Below are positions 41,060 to 52,616 of a stretch of 64,000 nucleotides of DNA, one piece after another (position 1 is the first letter of the stretch; every line of letters begins with the position of its first letter). The translations under genes were made by a program, and so were the position numbers. The DNA lies in NCBI GenBank assembly GCA_963713045.1, contig CAVQKE010000003.1, positions 480,001-544,000 of the forward strand. The letters run 5' to 3'. The stretch is from an uncultured delta proteobacterium (GTDB lineage: Bacteria > Myxococcota > Myxococcia > Myxococcales > Myxococcaceae). The notes under the pieces were generated by a model. That model saw only the letters and a list, made by a program, of their open reading frames with translations. It ran no database searches and was not told the origin of the DNA.

Positions 41060-42444
41060 TCAACGACTGCCTTGGCCGCGCACGCCCCAGGCCGCCACCC
41101 CAGCCCCACAGACAGACAACCCCGCGCAGAGCTCCATCGCCCGGTAGAAACCAGACAGCAGCGTCCCCGGGGAAGGGTGCTTCCGAGTCCGGTGAGTCCC
41201 GCCGCCCAGGGCACCGCCGCCACGCCCAGCAACCCGGCCAGCCGTGCCACCGCATTGTTCACCCCGGAGGCAATCCCAGCGTAGGAGGCGTCCACCGCCG
41301 ACAGGACAGTGTCCGTCAACGGCGCCACCGTCACCGCCAACCCCACCCCAAAGACGGCCACTGCCGGCAGGACGCTCGAGAGGTAGTCGGCGTGCAACCG
41401 CACGCGGAGGAGGAGGAGCAGCCCCACGGCCACCAGCACTGGGCCGACGGTGAGTGGCAGACGCGCGCCCCAGCGTTGAGATAACCGCCCGGCGCCGGGT
41501 GAAAGCAGAAGCAACAATGCCGTGACCGGCAAGAGGGCGGCCCCAGCCTGCAGGGGCGAGTAGCCCAGCGCCTGCTGCAGTGAAAGCGTGAGGAGGAACA
41601 GCGCACCATTGAGGGCCGCGTAGACGGCCAGCGTCGTGAGGTTGGCCGCGGTGAAGGCCCGCGAGCGAAAGAGGACAAGGGGCAGCATCGCGTCCGGCCG
41701 ACGCTCGAGCGGGAGGAAGGCCAACAGGGCGGCCAGGCCCACCCCCGCAGCAACCAGGGTCGCTGGCGGCCAACCCCGTGCCGGCCCCTCAATCAGGGCG
41801 TAGGTGAAGCCCCCAATGCCCAGCGCTGCGGCGGAAGCCCCGGCCACGTCTAGGCGGACGCCAGGCCGGCCTGGGCTTTCCGGCAAGTAGCGCAGAGCGG
41901 CCCACAGGGTCGCCACCGCCAGCGGCAAGTTGATGAAGAAGATGGCGCGCCAGGAGGTGTTTTGGACGAGCCAGCCGCCGAGGAGGGGACCAACGGCGGT
42001 GGTGACGCCGGACAGGCCGGCCCAGATACCGATGGCGGCGCCCTGGTCCTCGGCGCGGATGCTGGTGCGCAGAATGGCGAGGCTTCCCGGTACCAGGATG
42101 GCGGCGCCCACGCCCTGGACGGCGCGGGCCAGCACCAGGCCGAAAGCGCTGGAGATGCACCCGCAGGCGGCGGAGGCTACGGCGAACCACGCCACGCCGG
42201 CGATGAACGTCCGCCGCTGGCCGAAGACATCTCCGAGACTGCCCCCGACCAGAAGGAAGGCGCTCAGCGTCAAAAGGTACGCATCCACCGTCCACTGAAG
42301 CCCTTCCAGCCCCACGTGGAGTCCCTGCTGCAGGGCGGGGAGGGCGACGTTGACGGCCGTCCCATCGAGAAACGCCATTCCAGAGCCAAGAGCGGCGGCC
42401 AGCACCACCCCGCGTCCCTGGGGGCTGTGAAGGGGAAAGCTCAC
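41060..42444 (-). CDS. DHA2 (EmrB/QacA) MFS transporter, frameshift near 41170
   Basis: LDGTAVNVALP, GSLGDVFG, WRAIFFINLP, ASGVNNAVAR; GTG start overlaps the upstream stop. The final TM (GFYRAMELCAGL...) is in a shifted frame ending at 41060. Confidence 0.85.
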
Positions 42445-43907
42445 GACGGCTGGCCGAGTCGCAAGCCGCGCGGAATGAGGAAGTGCCCGCACCACTCAAA
42501 GAAGCCCTGCACCACCAGGGCCAGAAGGGCCGCGGGGACTGCCCCTTCCAGCAACAGTCCGACGTTGTCTAGGCGAATGCCGGTGAGAATGGGCTGACCA
42601 AATCCTCCAGCGCCCACCAAGGCCCCGAGGGTGGCCGTCCCGACACAGATGACGGCCGAGGTTTGAATGCCGGCGAGGATGGAGGGCGAGGCGAGTGGCA
42701 GAGCAATTCTCCACAGGCGCGTCCAAGGCGACACGCCCAGCGCCTCGGCCGCTTCCTGCAGCTCGCCGGGGATACCGGTGAGCCCGGCGTGGGTGTTTCG
42801 CACCACGGGCAACAGTCCGTACAGAAAAAGTGCGGCGATGGCCGGGCGGGCTCCAATGCCCAGCAGTGGAATCATCAACACCAGCAGGGCCAGCGAGGGC
42901 AGCGTTTGGAGGATGCCCACCCCGGCCAGCACCACCTGCCCGAGGCGCGGGCGGCGCGCCGCCAGAATCCCCAACGGCAGGCCCACCAGGACGGAACCCG
43001 TCAGCGACACGGCGACCAGAAGCAGGTGGTCGCGCAGGTAGCCCAGCAGGCGCCGCGTCAGTCCCGGCAGCACTGGCGCCGCACTGTCAATCCCCTTGTG
43101 TTGGAGAAATTCGGCGGCGACTTCAGCTTCCGGCACGCGGTGCACTTTGGCCTGGACATTCATCGCCACCATGTCGTCGACGCCAATCCGGCCTTCCAGT
43201 TGCGACAGAGCGCGAAGGACGCTCGGCGTGGCGGCCGCCTCACGCACCAGCAGCAGCGCCTGGTACTCCGGGAAGTGGTGGCGGTCGTCCTCGAGGACCC
43301 GCAAGTGCAGCAGCTGGACCTCGGGGTCGGTGGAGTAGAGGTCGGTCACCTGGACGGCACCGCTCCCGAGCCCGCGGTAAGCCAGTTCATGGTCCATCCC
43401 CCGGACGTCTCTTTGGGGAAGGCTGTAGGCCCGCTGGAGCGCGCGCCATCCATCGGCGCGGTCGAGGAATTCGTTGCTGAAGGCGAAGCGCAGCTCTGGG
43501 TGGTTGGTCAAGTCCGAGATGCGACGGATGCCGAGGCGCTGCGCAGTGTCCAATTGCATCCCAAGCGCGTAACTGTCCGCGAAGCCGAAGACACAACCAA
43601 TGCGGACGCCGTGCCTGCCCAATTCAGCGCGCAGGGCCTCCAGCGTGGCCGGCACCTGGCCGGAGAAAATCTCCTCGGCCAGCGTGCCGGTGTATTCAGG
43701 GTAGGCGTCCAGGTCTCCCCGCTGTAGGGCGTCCCAGAGAATTCGGGTCCCGCCGAGCTCTCGCCGGTGAAGCGCAGGAATGTCGGCTGCCTTCAGCGTC
43801 AGGCTGACCACTTCCCCCAGAATGACAGACTCGGTGAAGGCCTTGCTTCCCACCTGCACTGGGGCGGGGAGCACCACCGCCAGCACCACCGAAGCCAAAA
43901 GCGTCAT
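42441..43907 (-). CDS. Quaternary-amine (osmoprotectant/ergothioneine-type) ABC transporter, fused substrate-binding + permease
   Basis: GSKAFTES, YPEYTGT, DLYSTD binding domain; then QTLPSLAL, EAAEALG and GALVGAGG permease motifs. Confidence 0.9.
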   Translation of the reverse strand: MTLLASVVLAVVLPAPVQVGSKAFTESVILGEVVSLTLKAADIPALHRRELGGTRILWDALQRGDLDAYPEYTGTLAEEIFSGQVPATLEALRAELGRHGVRIGCVFGFADSYALGMQLDTAQRLGIRRISDLTNHPELRFAFSNEFLDRADGWRALQRAYSLPQRDVRGMDHELAYRGLGSGAVQVTDLYSTDPEVQLLHLRVLEDDRHHFPEYQALLLVREAAATPSVLRALSQLEGRIGVDDMVAMNVQAKVHRVPEAEVAAEFLQHKGIDSAAPVLPGLTRRLLGYLRDHLLLVAVSLTGSVLVGLPLGILAARRPRLGQVVLAGVGILQTLPSLALLVLMIPLLGIGARPAIAALFLYGLLPVVRNTHAGLTGIPGELQEAAEALGVSPWTRLWRIALPLASPSILAGIQTSAVICVGTATLGALVGAGGFGQPILTGIRLDNVGLLLEGAVPAALLALVVQGFFEWCGHFLIPRGLRLGQPS

Positions 43908-44656
43908 GGCCCTGGCTCCAGGGGTAAGGCGCGCTGGGCCCGGACGAAGCGTCTCACGAAGTCGTCGGCCGGCCGACGGACGAAGTCCTCCGCCGTCCCA
44001 CTTTGCACCACGCGTCCTTCGCGCAGCAGCACCAGAATGTCGCCCAGGTAGGCCGCCTCACCGAGGTCGTGGGTGACGAGCACCACCGTCGTGCCAAGGG
44101 CACGGAAGGTGGCCCGAAGGTCGTCCTGCAACTCTGAGCGGATGATGGGGTCGAGCGCTCCCAGCGGCTCATCGAGAAGTACCAGCTCCGGCTCGAGCAT
44201 CAGCGCACGCAGCAGGCTCACCCGCTGGCGCTGGCCGCCGGACAGCTCTGCCGGGTAGCGGCCGAGGACCGCGACTGGGAGCTGCACTTGCTCCAGCAGC
44301 ACCCGTAAGCGCGCGGCGACCCGCGCGCCATCCCAGCCCAGGTAGCGTGCCACCAGCGCGGCGTTGTCCTCGACGTTGAGGTGCGGGAAGAGGCCTCCGC
44401 CCTGTAACACGAGACCCATCCGCCGACGCTCCTCCGGCGCGGTGGCCGGGGTCAGCGGCCGGTCGTGGAAGAGGACGCGCCCGGTGTCGGGCCTCACCAA
44501 GCCCACCATCATCCGCAGCAGCGTCGACTTTCCGGAGCCGCTTGGACCGACCAACACCGTCGTCTTCCCGGCGGGGATGGACAGCGTCAGGGGGAAAACC
44601 GCCGGCACCCCTTGAAAGGAGCGCGAGACGTTCTCCAGAAGTAGCAGCGCCGTCAT
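43904..44656 (-). CDS. ABC ATP-binding protein (OpuA/ProV-like, no CBS domains)
   Basis: [30 protein letters not shown]; start and stop overlap both neighbours. Confidence 0.92.
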   Translation of the reverse strand: MTALLLLENVSRSFQGVPAVFPLTLSIPAGKTTVLVGPSGSGKSTLLRMMVGLVRPDTGRVLFHDRPLTPATAPEERRRMGLVLQGGGLFPHLNVEDNAALVARYLGWDGARVAARLRVLLEQVQLPVAVLGRYPAELSGGQRQRVSLLRALMLEPELVLLDEPLGALDPIIRSELQDDLRATFRALGTTVVLVTHDLGEAAYLGDILVLLREGRVVQSGTAEDFVRRPADDFVRRFVRAQRALPLEPGP

Positions 44657-45252
44657 GCGGCCTCAGAGAGGCGTCGGCCACGCGCGCTGAGCGCTCGGCC
44701 CACCAGCTCTCGATGCCAGCTGTCCAAGGCCGCAGCCAACGCCTCGCCTTCCAGAAGCCCGACCGCCGAGGAGATGGCTTCCAGGGTGGAGAGATGTTGG
44801 GGCGAGGGAGGGACCCGGAGGCCGAAGCGGCGGGGACGCGGCCGGACGCTGAGCCGGGGCAGGCCGCTCAACGCCGGCAGCGAACGCAGCATCCGGCGCA
44901 CCTGGCGCCAGGTGCCGTCGAGCACCACCAAACGCTGGGGCGTGCCAAGGGGTCGCTCCGGGGCCGCCGCTGGCGCCTCGCCCGGGAAAAGCAACCAGTC
45001 ACCCGGCTGCCCGAGGTCCCGGAGGTAAGCGACGTCAGGCCGGCTGCCCCATCGGCGCAGCTCGCAGTGCGGCAGAAGCAGTGCGGCCCAGCGCGCGGTG
45101 TTGCTGCTTTTGTCGGCCTCGCGTGCGTGGCGCACGACGACGAAGTGCGTCCGGACGGCGAGGCTTGGCAAGAATGCACAGGCACAAACGCAGACCTTCA
45201 GTGCACAGCGGGCGCAGCGGCCACCGCCGTTCGGCGCGGTACGAGACCTCAT
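44653..45252 (-). CDS. DTW-domain tRNA-uridine aminocarboxypropyltransferase (TapT/DTWD2-like)
   Basis: RCARC...CVC, SNTAR, VLDGTW, LSTLEA. Confidence 0.88.
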   Translation of the reverse strand: MRSRTAPNGGGRCARCALKVCVCACAFLPSLAVRTHFVVVRHAREADKSSNTARWAALLLPHCELRRWGSRPDVAYLRDLGQPGDWLLFPGEAPAAAPERPLGTPQRLVVLDGTWRQVRRMLRSLPALSGLPRLSVRPRPRRFGLRVPPSPQHLSTLEAISSAVGLLEGEALAAALDSWHRELVGRALSARGRRLSEAA

Positions 45253-45393
45253 CGGACTGCCCCCAGGCGCCGCATGGCAGCGGACTCTACAGACACTTGG
45301 CGCGCGACTCGCCAGTGGAAACGCGCAACCGGAGGCCGGTGGGCCCGCGGGCCGTCCCCTGGGACAATTCGCCCCGGGGGGGGGTGGAAGCCT

Positions 45394-46362
45394 TCAGCGC
45401 CGGGTCGCGACGCGCTGCAGGAAGGCCTGGACGAAGCTTTTCTCGGCGTCCGGCAAGCTCACCAGGCGAACCCCGAAGCCGACCGGGGTCCGCGGGTCTG
45501 CGCCGGCATTCTCGAGGATGACGCGGCCGCGGGCCTTGATTTCCCGCGCCGGCTCGTCGAAACGAAACACCACCTCCACTGGCGTTCCAAGCGGCAACGA
45601 GGTGTGGCAGGCCAGAAACACGCCGCCGCTCTGCAGGTTCACCAGTGGGTGTTGGGTAAACATGGCGCTGTTGCGCGCATTCACCTTCACCGTGACCTCC
45701 ACGCGGTCGTCCCGCCGCTCCAGTCCGACGAATTCAGTTGGCTGGTAGCTGGGCCGTGCCGGGGCCTCCGGGCTGCGGGGCAGAGAGCGCAAGGCCGGTT
45801 TCGGCTTTTGGGCGGCTACAACCGGCATCGGCTTGGCCGGCTTCTCGGCCGGCGTCGACAAGGGAGTGTCCCTGGGGACAGGCATCGCGCCCACCGCTCG
45901 GCCCGCGGTGAGCTCGTTCTCGATGTGCACCATCAGTCGGCTGAGGAAGTGAAAGGCGTCTGAGTACGCGCGGCGCAAGTCGGGGTGGGCTTGAGCGCGC
46001 ACTCGGTCTGGGTAAAAGCGCTTCACCAGTTTGAAGAAGGCGTTGCGGTAGGCGTCGAGGGAAGCGTCCTGGGCAATGTGGAAAAGCTCGTGCGGCGTCT
46101 TCCCCTGCATCCCGCGCAGCTGGTCCCACACCCGGCCGGCCTCCTGCCGTTCGAGCTCGAGGAGCACCTCGGGCTTCGGTGCATGCAGCAGCAGGGCGAG
46201 GATTTCGGGGAACTGTTCTGGCGCGCCCCAGCGCTGGCCGTCGGTGCTCGCCCGGGTGACGTCTTGCAGCCGTCCGGTGCTCACCAACTCTTGAACGATG
46301 TCCAGGGTGACCGGCCCAAGCACCCGGCCTTCTGCGTCGCCTATCCAATAGGAGGAAGCCAT
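45394..46362 (-). CDS. GYF_2 + J-like + PilZ (TIGR02266-like) multidomain protein
   Basis: YWIG..GRVLGPV; ELFHI...FFKLVKRFYPDR; RRDDR...NLQSGGVF...GFGVRL. Confidence 0.75.
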   Translation of the reverse strand: MASSYWIGDAEGRVLGPVTLDIVQELVSTGRLQDVTRASTDGQRWGAPEQFPEILALLLHAPKPEVLLELERQEAGRVWDQLRGMQGKTPHELFHIAQDASLDAYRNAFFKLVKRFYPDRVRAQAHPDLRRAYSDAFHFLSRLMVHIENELTAGRAVGAMPVPRDTPLSTPAEKPAKPMPVVAAQKPKPALRSLPRSPEAPARPSYQPTEFVGLERRDDRVEVTVKVNARNSAMFTQHPLVNLQSGGVFLACHTSLPLGTPVEVVFRFDEPAREIKARGRVILENAGADPRTPVGFGVRLVSLPDAEKSFVQAFLQRVATRR

Positions 46363-46365
46363 CCG

Positions 46366-46725
46366 TCAGTTCGCCAAGGCGCGATCCACGGCGGAGGTAA
46401 TTTCCACGGGGTGGAAAGGTTTGGTGATGTAGCCGGCGGCGCCCGCCTCCAGCGCCTGGGCCACCAGCCGTTCGCTGTCGAGCGAGCTGATGACCAGAAC
46501 CCGGGCCGATGGCCAGCGTTCCCGCATCATCGCCAGGGCCTCCATGCCACTCAGCCGGGGCATGAAGAGGTCGAGCAGGATGAGTTGGGGAACGCGCTCT
46601 CCCAAGACGTCCAGCGCCTCGCGCCCATCCTCCGCCTCCAGCAGGGCGTGGCCACGCCCGTCGAGCACGTCCTTCAACAAGGTGCGGACGAAGGCGTCAT
46701 CATCAACAATGAGGATGGTGGCCAA
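46366..46725 (-). CDS. Single-domain response regulator (CheY-like)
   Basis: ILIVDDD, LLDLFMPRLSG, ISS, YITKPF; AGGA before TTG at 46725. Confidence 0.9.
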   Translation of the reverse strand: MATILIVDDDAFVRTLLKDVLDGRGHALLEAEDGREALDVLGERVPQLILLDLFMPRLSGMEALAMMRERWPSARVLVISSLDSERLVAQALEAGAAGYITKPFHPVEITSAVDRALAN

Positions 46726-46896
46726 AGTCCTATGACGCTGCACGGAGCGGCGAGAGCCGTCAACCCCCAGTGCACCTACTCTGACCGACGTCGGCCAGGG
46801 GGTACCCCGACTCCGCTGGCGAAGGAAAAGGACAGCAGGCGTGACCCTGGGTGACAAGAGAACCGGGGGTGCCCGGGCGGACCCAGCAGCTGGGTG

Positions 46897-47439
46897 TCAG
46901 TCTTCGAGTTCGCCGTGCCAGTAGGCGACGTCGCGGAGGAATTTGCGCCAGGCGTGGGGCATCCCCGGCTCATAGCCGAAGGAGAGGCGAAACGTCTCGG
47001 GCAACTTCTTCGGTTTGTGGGGCTCACTCAAGAGCGACATGCCCGCTTGAGGCGGAGTCCGTCCGCCCTTGCGTTGGTTACACGGAAAACAGCAGATGAC
47101 CACGTTTTCCCAGGTGGTGTGGCCGCCATGGGCGCGCGGAACGACATGGTCATAGGTGGCGTCTTGGCGAGAGACGCGCTGGTGACAGTACTGGCAGCGT
47201 CCGGTGTCGCGGGCGTAGACGTTTTCCCGACTGAATTTGATGGCCCGCTTGCGACCGCGGATGGCGCGCAGAAAGCGGATGACGGACGGCATTTTGAGCG
47301 ACACCGTGACGGAGCGAACCAGCCGGTCGTCGTACTCCTCGACAATCTCCACCTTTCCCAGAAACAGGAGGTGGATGGCCCGCTGCCAAGGGACACGGGC
47401 CACCGGCTCGTACCCCGTGCTCAACACCAGCGTCTCCAT
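46897..47439 (-). CDS. HNH endonuclease (McrA-like)
   Basis: TLVLSTGYEP, FSRENVYARD, CQYC, DHVVPR, WENVVICCFPCNQRKG. Confidence 0.92.
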   Translation of the reverse strand: METLVLSTGYEPVARVPWQRAIHLLFLGKVEIVEEYDDRLVRSVTVSLKMPSVIRFLRAIRGRKRAIKFSRENVYARDTGRCQYCHQRVSRQDATYDHVVPRAHGGHTTWENVVICCFPCNQRKGGRTPPQAGMSLLSEPHKPKKLPETFRLSFGYEPGMPHAWRKFLRDVAYWHGELED

Positions 47440-47528
47440 GGGGCGCGCATACTACATGCTTGCCCACCCTAGCGGTGTGAAGAGTTGAGGACGCTAGAGC
47501 CAGCTCGCCGCGTGGCGGGACGAAACCT

Positions 47529-47849
47529 TCAGTGCTGAGAGGCGCGAAGCCTGACCAGCGTGACACCCCAGCCCCCGCGTGCCTCCTCGGCGGTACGCAC
47601 CTGCAGAACGTCGTCGCGGTTGGACAGCAGCGCTTGGACGCGTCGGCGTAAGGCACCGGTGCCCTTGCCGTGGATGACTTCCAGTTCCAACACACCCGCC
47701 GCCCGGCATTCCTCCACATACGCTGCGAGGAGCTCCGGCACGTCTTGCGGACGAAAGAGGTGCAAGTCGAGCCGCCCGTCCAGCGGCAGCGCCACCGGGG
47801 GACCCTCCCCGCCGTCGTCCACGGCCCCTGGGCGCTCCTTTCCCGTCAA
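47529..47849 (-). CDS. Stand-alone Smr/MutS2 domain protein
   Basis: LDLHLF, IHGKGTGALR, GGWGVTLV. Confidence 0.9.
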   Translation of the reverse strand: MTGKERPGAVDDGGEGPPVALPLDGRLDLHLFRPQDVPELLAAYVEECRAAGVLELEVIHGKGTGALRRRVQALLSNRDDVLQVRTAEEARGGWGVTLVRLRASQH

Positions 47850-49030
47850 CGTCCCTTCCCGGAGCGCAGGGCGAGAAAGCGCGCCAGCGCTTGGGCCTTG
47901 GGGACCAGGGAGGACACCTCAATGTATTCCTCGACGGTGTGGAAGCCCTTGCCCCTGGGCCCGAGTCCGTCGATGGACGGAATCCCACTGCTGCTGGTGG
48001 TGCTCGCGTCCGAGCCCCCGCCGATGAGGCCCGCTTCGCCGCCGCCCAGCCCCGAGGCCCGCGCGCAGGCAGCGTAGGCCTCGCGCAGTGTTGCACTCTC
48101 CGACGAGCGCTCGAGCGGCTCCCGGGAGATGCCCCCCGACAGCTCAATTCGGGTCCCCGGAATGGAGGCCGCAGCGTTCCGCCCGGCCTCCCGGAAGCGC
48201 TCCAGCAGCTGCTCGCCGTCGGCACGGGTGCAGAAACGCAGGTCGACGTGCGCTTCGGCATAGTCCGGCACCGTATTCTTCCCTTGGCCGCCCAAGACTT
48301 TCCCGACATTGACGGTAATTCCGCGCGGGTAGTCAGTCAGCTGCTGGACGGCGTCCACAAAACGGGCGACGGCCCAGAGGGCGTTGGCCCCCTCCGCGTG
48401 GTGGTTTCCGGCGTGGACCGCCTTGCCATGTGCCACCGCCTCCACCGCGCCGGTGCCCTTGCGCCGGGTGATGATGGCGTCCTCGGCCCGACCGGACTCG
48501 AAGACGAGGGCCGCCGCGCTTCCGGCGCAAGCCTGGCGAATGACGACCTGTCCTTCGGGCGAGCCCACCTCCTCGTCCGAGACGACCACCAGCCGCAGTG
48601 GCGGCAGCTGAGCGAGCCCCACCGTCTCGGCCAGTGCCTGGAGGGCCGCCCCCACCACCACCAGGCCACCCTTCATGTCCAGCGTGCCAGGGCCCCGGCG
48701 CAGCTCTCCGTCGACCCGGTACCCTTCAAACTTGCCTGGAGGGAAGACGGTGTCCAAGTGACCCAGCAGTGCCACCGGGGCAAGCCCGGGCGCGCCTTGG
48801 GAGCGAAACACCAGGTGGTCGGCGTAGCGCCGACTGGCGACCACCTCGCACTCGAGACCTTCCAGCCTCCACTGCTCGCGGAGAAGCCGACCGACTTGCC
48901 TGCCGCCCTCGGCATTCTCAGTGAAGGAGTTCACCTCCACCAGCGGCGCCAGCGCCTTCTCCAAGGCGGCCGTCTTGCCGGCCAGCCACTGCGCCGCTTC
49001 GTCGGCAGCCGTTCCCATGGGCGGCTTCAT
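47846..49030 (-). CDS. M20 metallopeptidase (carboxypeptidase G2-like)
   Basis: GHLDTVF, GPGTLDMKGG, SDEEVGS, GGSDA, FHTVEE. Confidence 0.9.
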   Translation of the reverse strand: MKPPMGTAADEAAQWLAGKTAALEKALAPLVEVNSFTENAEGGRQVGRLLREQWRLEGLECEVVASRRYADHLVFRSQGAPGLAPVALLGHLDTVFPPGKFEGYRVDGELRRGPGTLDMKGGLVVVGAALQALAETVGLAQLPPLRLVVVSDEEVGSPEGQVVIRQACAGSAAALVFESGRAEDAIITRRKGTGAVEAVAHGKAVHAGNHHAEGANALWAVARFVDAVQQLTDYPRGITVNVGKVLGGQGKNTVPDYAEAHVDLRFCTRADGEQLLERFREAGRNAAASIPGTRIELSGGISREPLERSSESATLREAYAACARASGLGGGEAGLIGGGSDASTTSSSGIPSIDGLGPRGKGFHTVEEYIEVSSLVPKAQALARFLALRSGKGR

Positions 49031-49764
49031 ACCAGAAGCAGCCAGGCCCCCCAGCTGAGCAACCCCAGCCCCGCTGCCCAGCGCACTGGCCAGCGTTCGG
49101 GCGCCACGTTTTCAAGCAGCAGCAGCCCGGTGAGAAGCACCATCGCCGCCGGGCTCATCACGCCGGTGACAAACAGCACCAGCATCAACACGCCGCACGA
49201 GCCAAGAGAGAGGAGGCCCTGGCCGGTGCCCCGAAGAAACGGCTCCGCCAAGCCCTCCCCCGCCGCCCCGGCCAGCCGGGCCCGTGACCGACAGCGTTCG
49301 AGGCAGGCACGCTTCAGGGGGGTGAGTTGCATGAAGCCGGCGGCGAGCAAAAGGCAGCCTCCCAGCATCCGGCTTGTCGTGGCCATCTGCGCAGTCAACA
49401 GCCCGGCCTCAGCGAGCCGCCCCTGCAGCAGCGCCGCCCCGAGACTGGCGACCATCCACAACAGCAGGTAGCCCGAGAGGAAGGCCAAGGGGCGAAGCAG
49501 GGGCTCGCGCCGGTGAGCGCGCACCAGCCACAGCAGGCGTGGCACCTCGGGCGGCACCATCATCGCAACCATCATTGCCCCCCACATCAGAGCGACGGGC
49601 CAGAGGTTGGCCGGGTGGTGGTGCGCGCCCTCCGCCATCTCGGCCCCGACGCGCAGTGACCAACTCCAGGAAGCGACGCACAGGGTGGCCAACAGCGCCA
49701 GCATGCGGCGCTGGTCGCGCCGCACGGACCCGACGTCACGGGCGAGGGCCAAGGTCCTTTCCAC
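49027..49764 (-). CDS. DUF2182-like Met-rich putative metal-binding membrane protein
   Basis: HHH, MWGAMMVAMMVP, FLSGYL, QLTPLKRACLERCR, GVMS; several TM helices; 3 nt after the coxL stop. Confidence 0.8.
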   Translation of the reverse strand: MERTLALARDVGSVRRDQRRMLALLATLCVASWSWSLRVGAEMAEGAHHHPANLWPVALMWGAMMVAMMVPPEVPRLLWLVRAHRREPLLRPLAFLSGYLLLWMVASLGAALLQGRLAEAGLLTAQMATTSRMLGGCLLLAAGFMQLTPLKRACLERCRSRARLAGAAGEGLAEPFLRGTGQGLLSLGSCGVLMLVLFVTGVMSPAAMVLLTGLLLLENVAPERWPVRWAAGLGLLSWGAWLLLV

Positions 49765-49767
49765 GGC

Positions 49768-52134
<2,367 letters not shown>

Positions 52135-52143
52135 GGTGTCCTC

Positions 52144-52614
52144 CTAGGCCATCCGTTCGGCCGCCGACTGAATGGCTTTGACGATGTTCACGTACCCGGT
52201 ACACCGGCACAGGTTTCCGGAGATGGCCTCTCGTATTTCGAGCTCGGTGGGCTTCTTGTTGCGCGCGAGGAGGGCGGCGCTGGTCATCATCATCCCCGGG
52301 GTGCAGTAGCCACACTGCAGGCCATGCTTCTCCCAGAAGCCTTCTTGAATGGGATGGAGCTTGCCGTCCTTCTCCAGGCCCTCCACCGTCGTCAGCTGGT
52401 GGCCGTCGGCCTGCACCGCCAGCATGGTGCAGGACTTGACCGGTTGGCCGTCGAGCAGCACGGTGCAGGCTCCGCAGTGGGTGGTGTCACAGCCGATGTG
52501 GGTTCCCGTCAAGCGCAGGTTCTCCCGCAGATGGTGCACCAACAGCAGGCGCGACTCGACTGTGGCCTGCTGCTCCACCCCATTCACCGTCAGGCTGATT
52601 GTGTGTGTCGCCAT
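52144..52614 (-). CDS. coxS: CODH small subunit (2x[2Fe-2S])
   Basis: [27 protein letters not shown]. Confidence 0.95.
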   Translation of the reverse strand: MATHTISLTVNGVEQQATVESRLLLVHHLRENLRLTGTHIGCDTTHCGACTVLLDGQPVKSCTMLAVQADGHQLTTVEGLEKDGKLHPIQEGFWEKHGLQCGYCTPGMMMTSAALLARNKKPTELEIREAISGNLCRCTGYVNIVKAIQSAAERMA

Positions 52615-52616
52615 GG

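Noticed and set aside
46897..47439. HNH nuclease as an IscB/Cas9-like or mobile-element protein
   Set aside because: Only 180 aa, with no RuvC motifs, CRISPR repeats, terminal repeats or transposase nearby.
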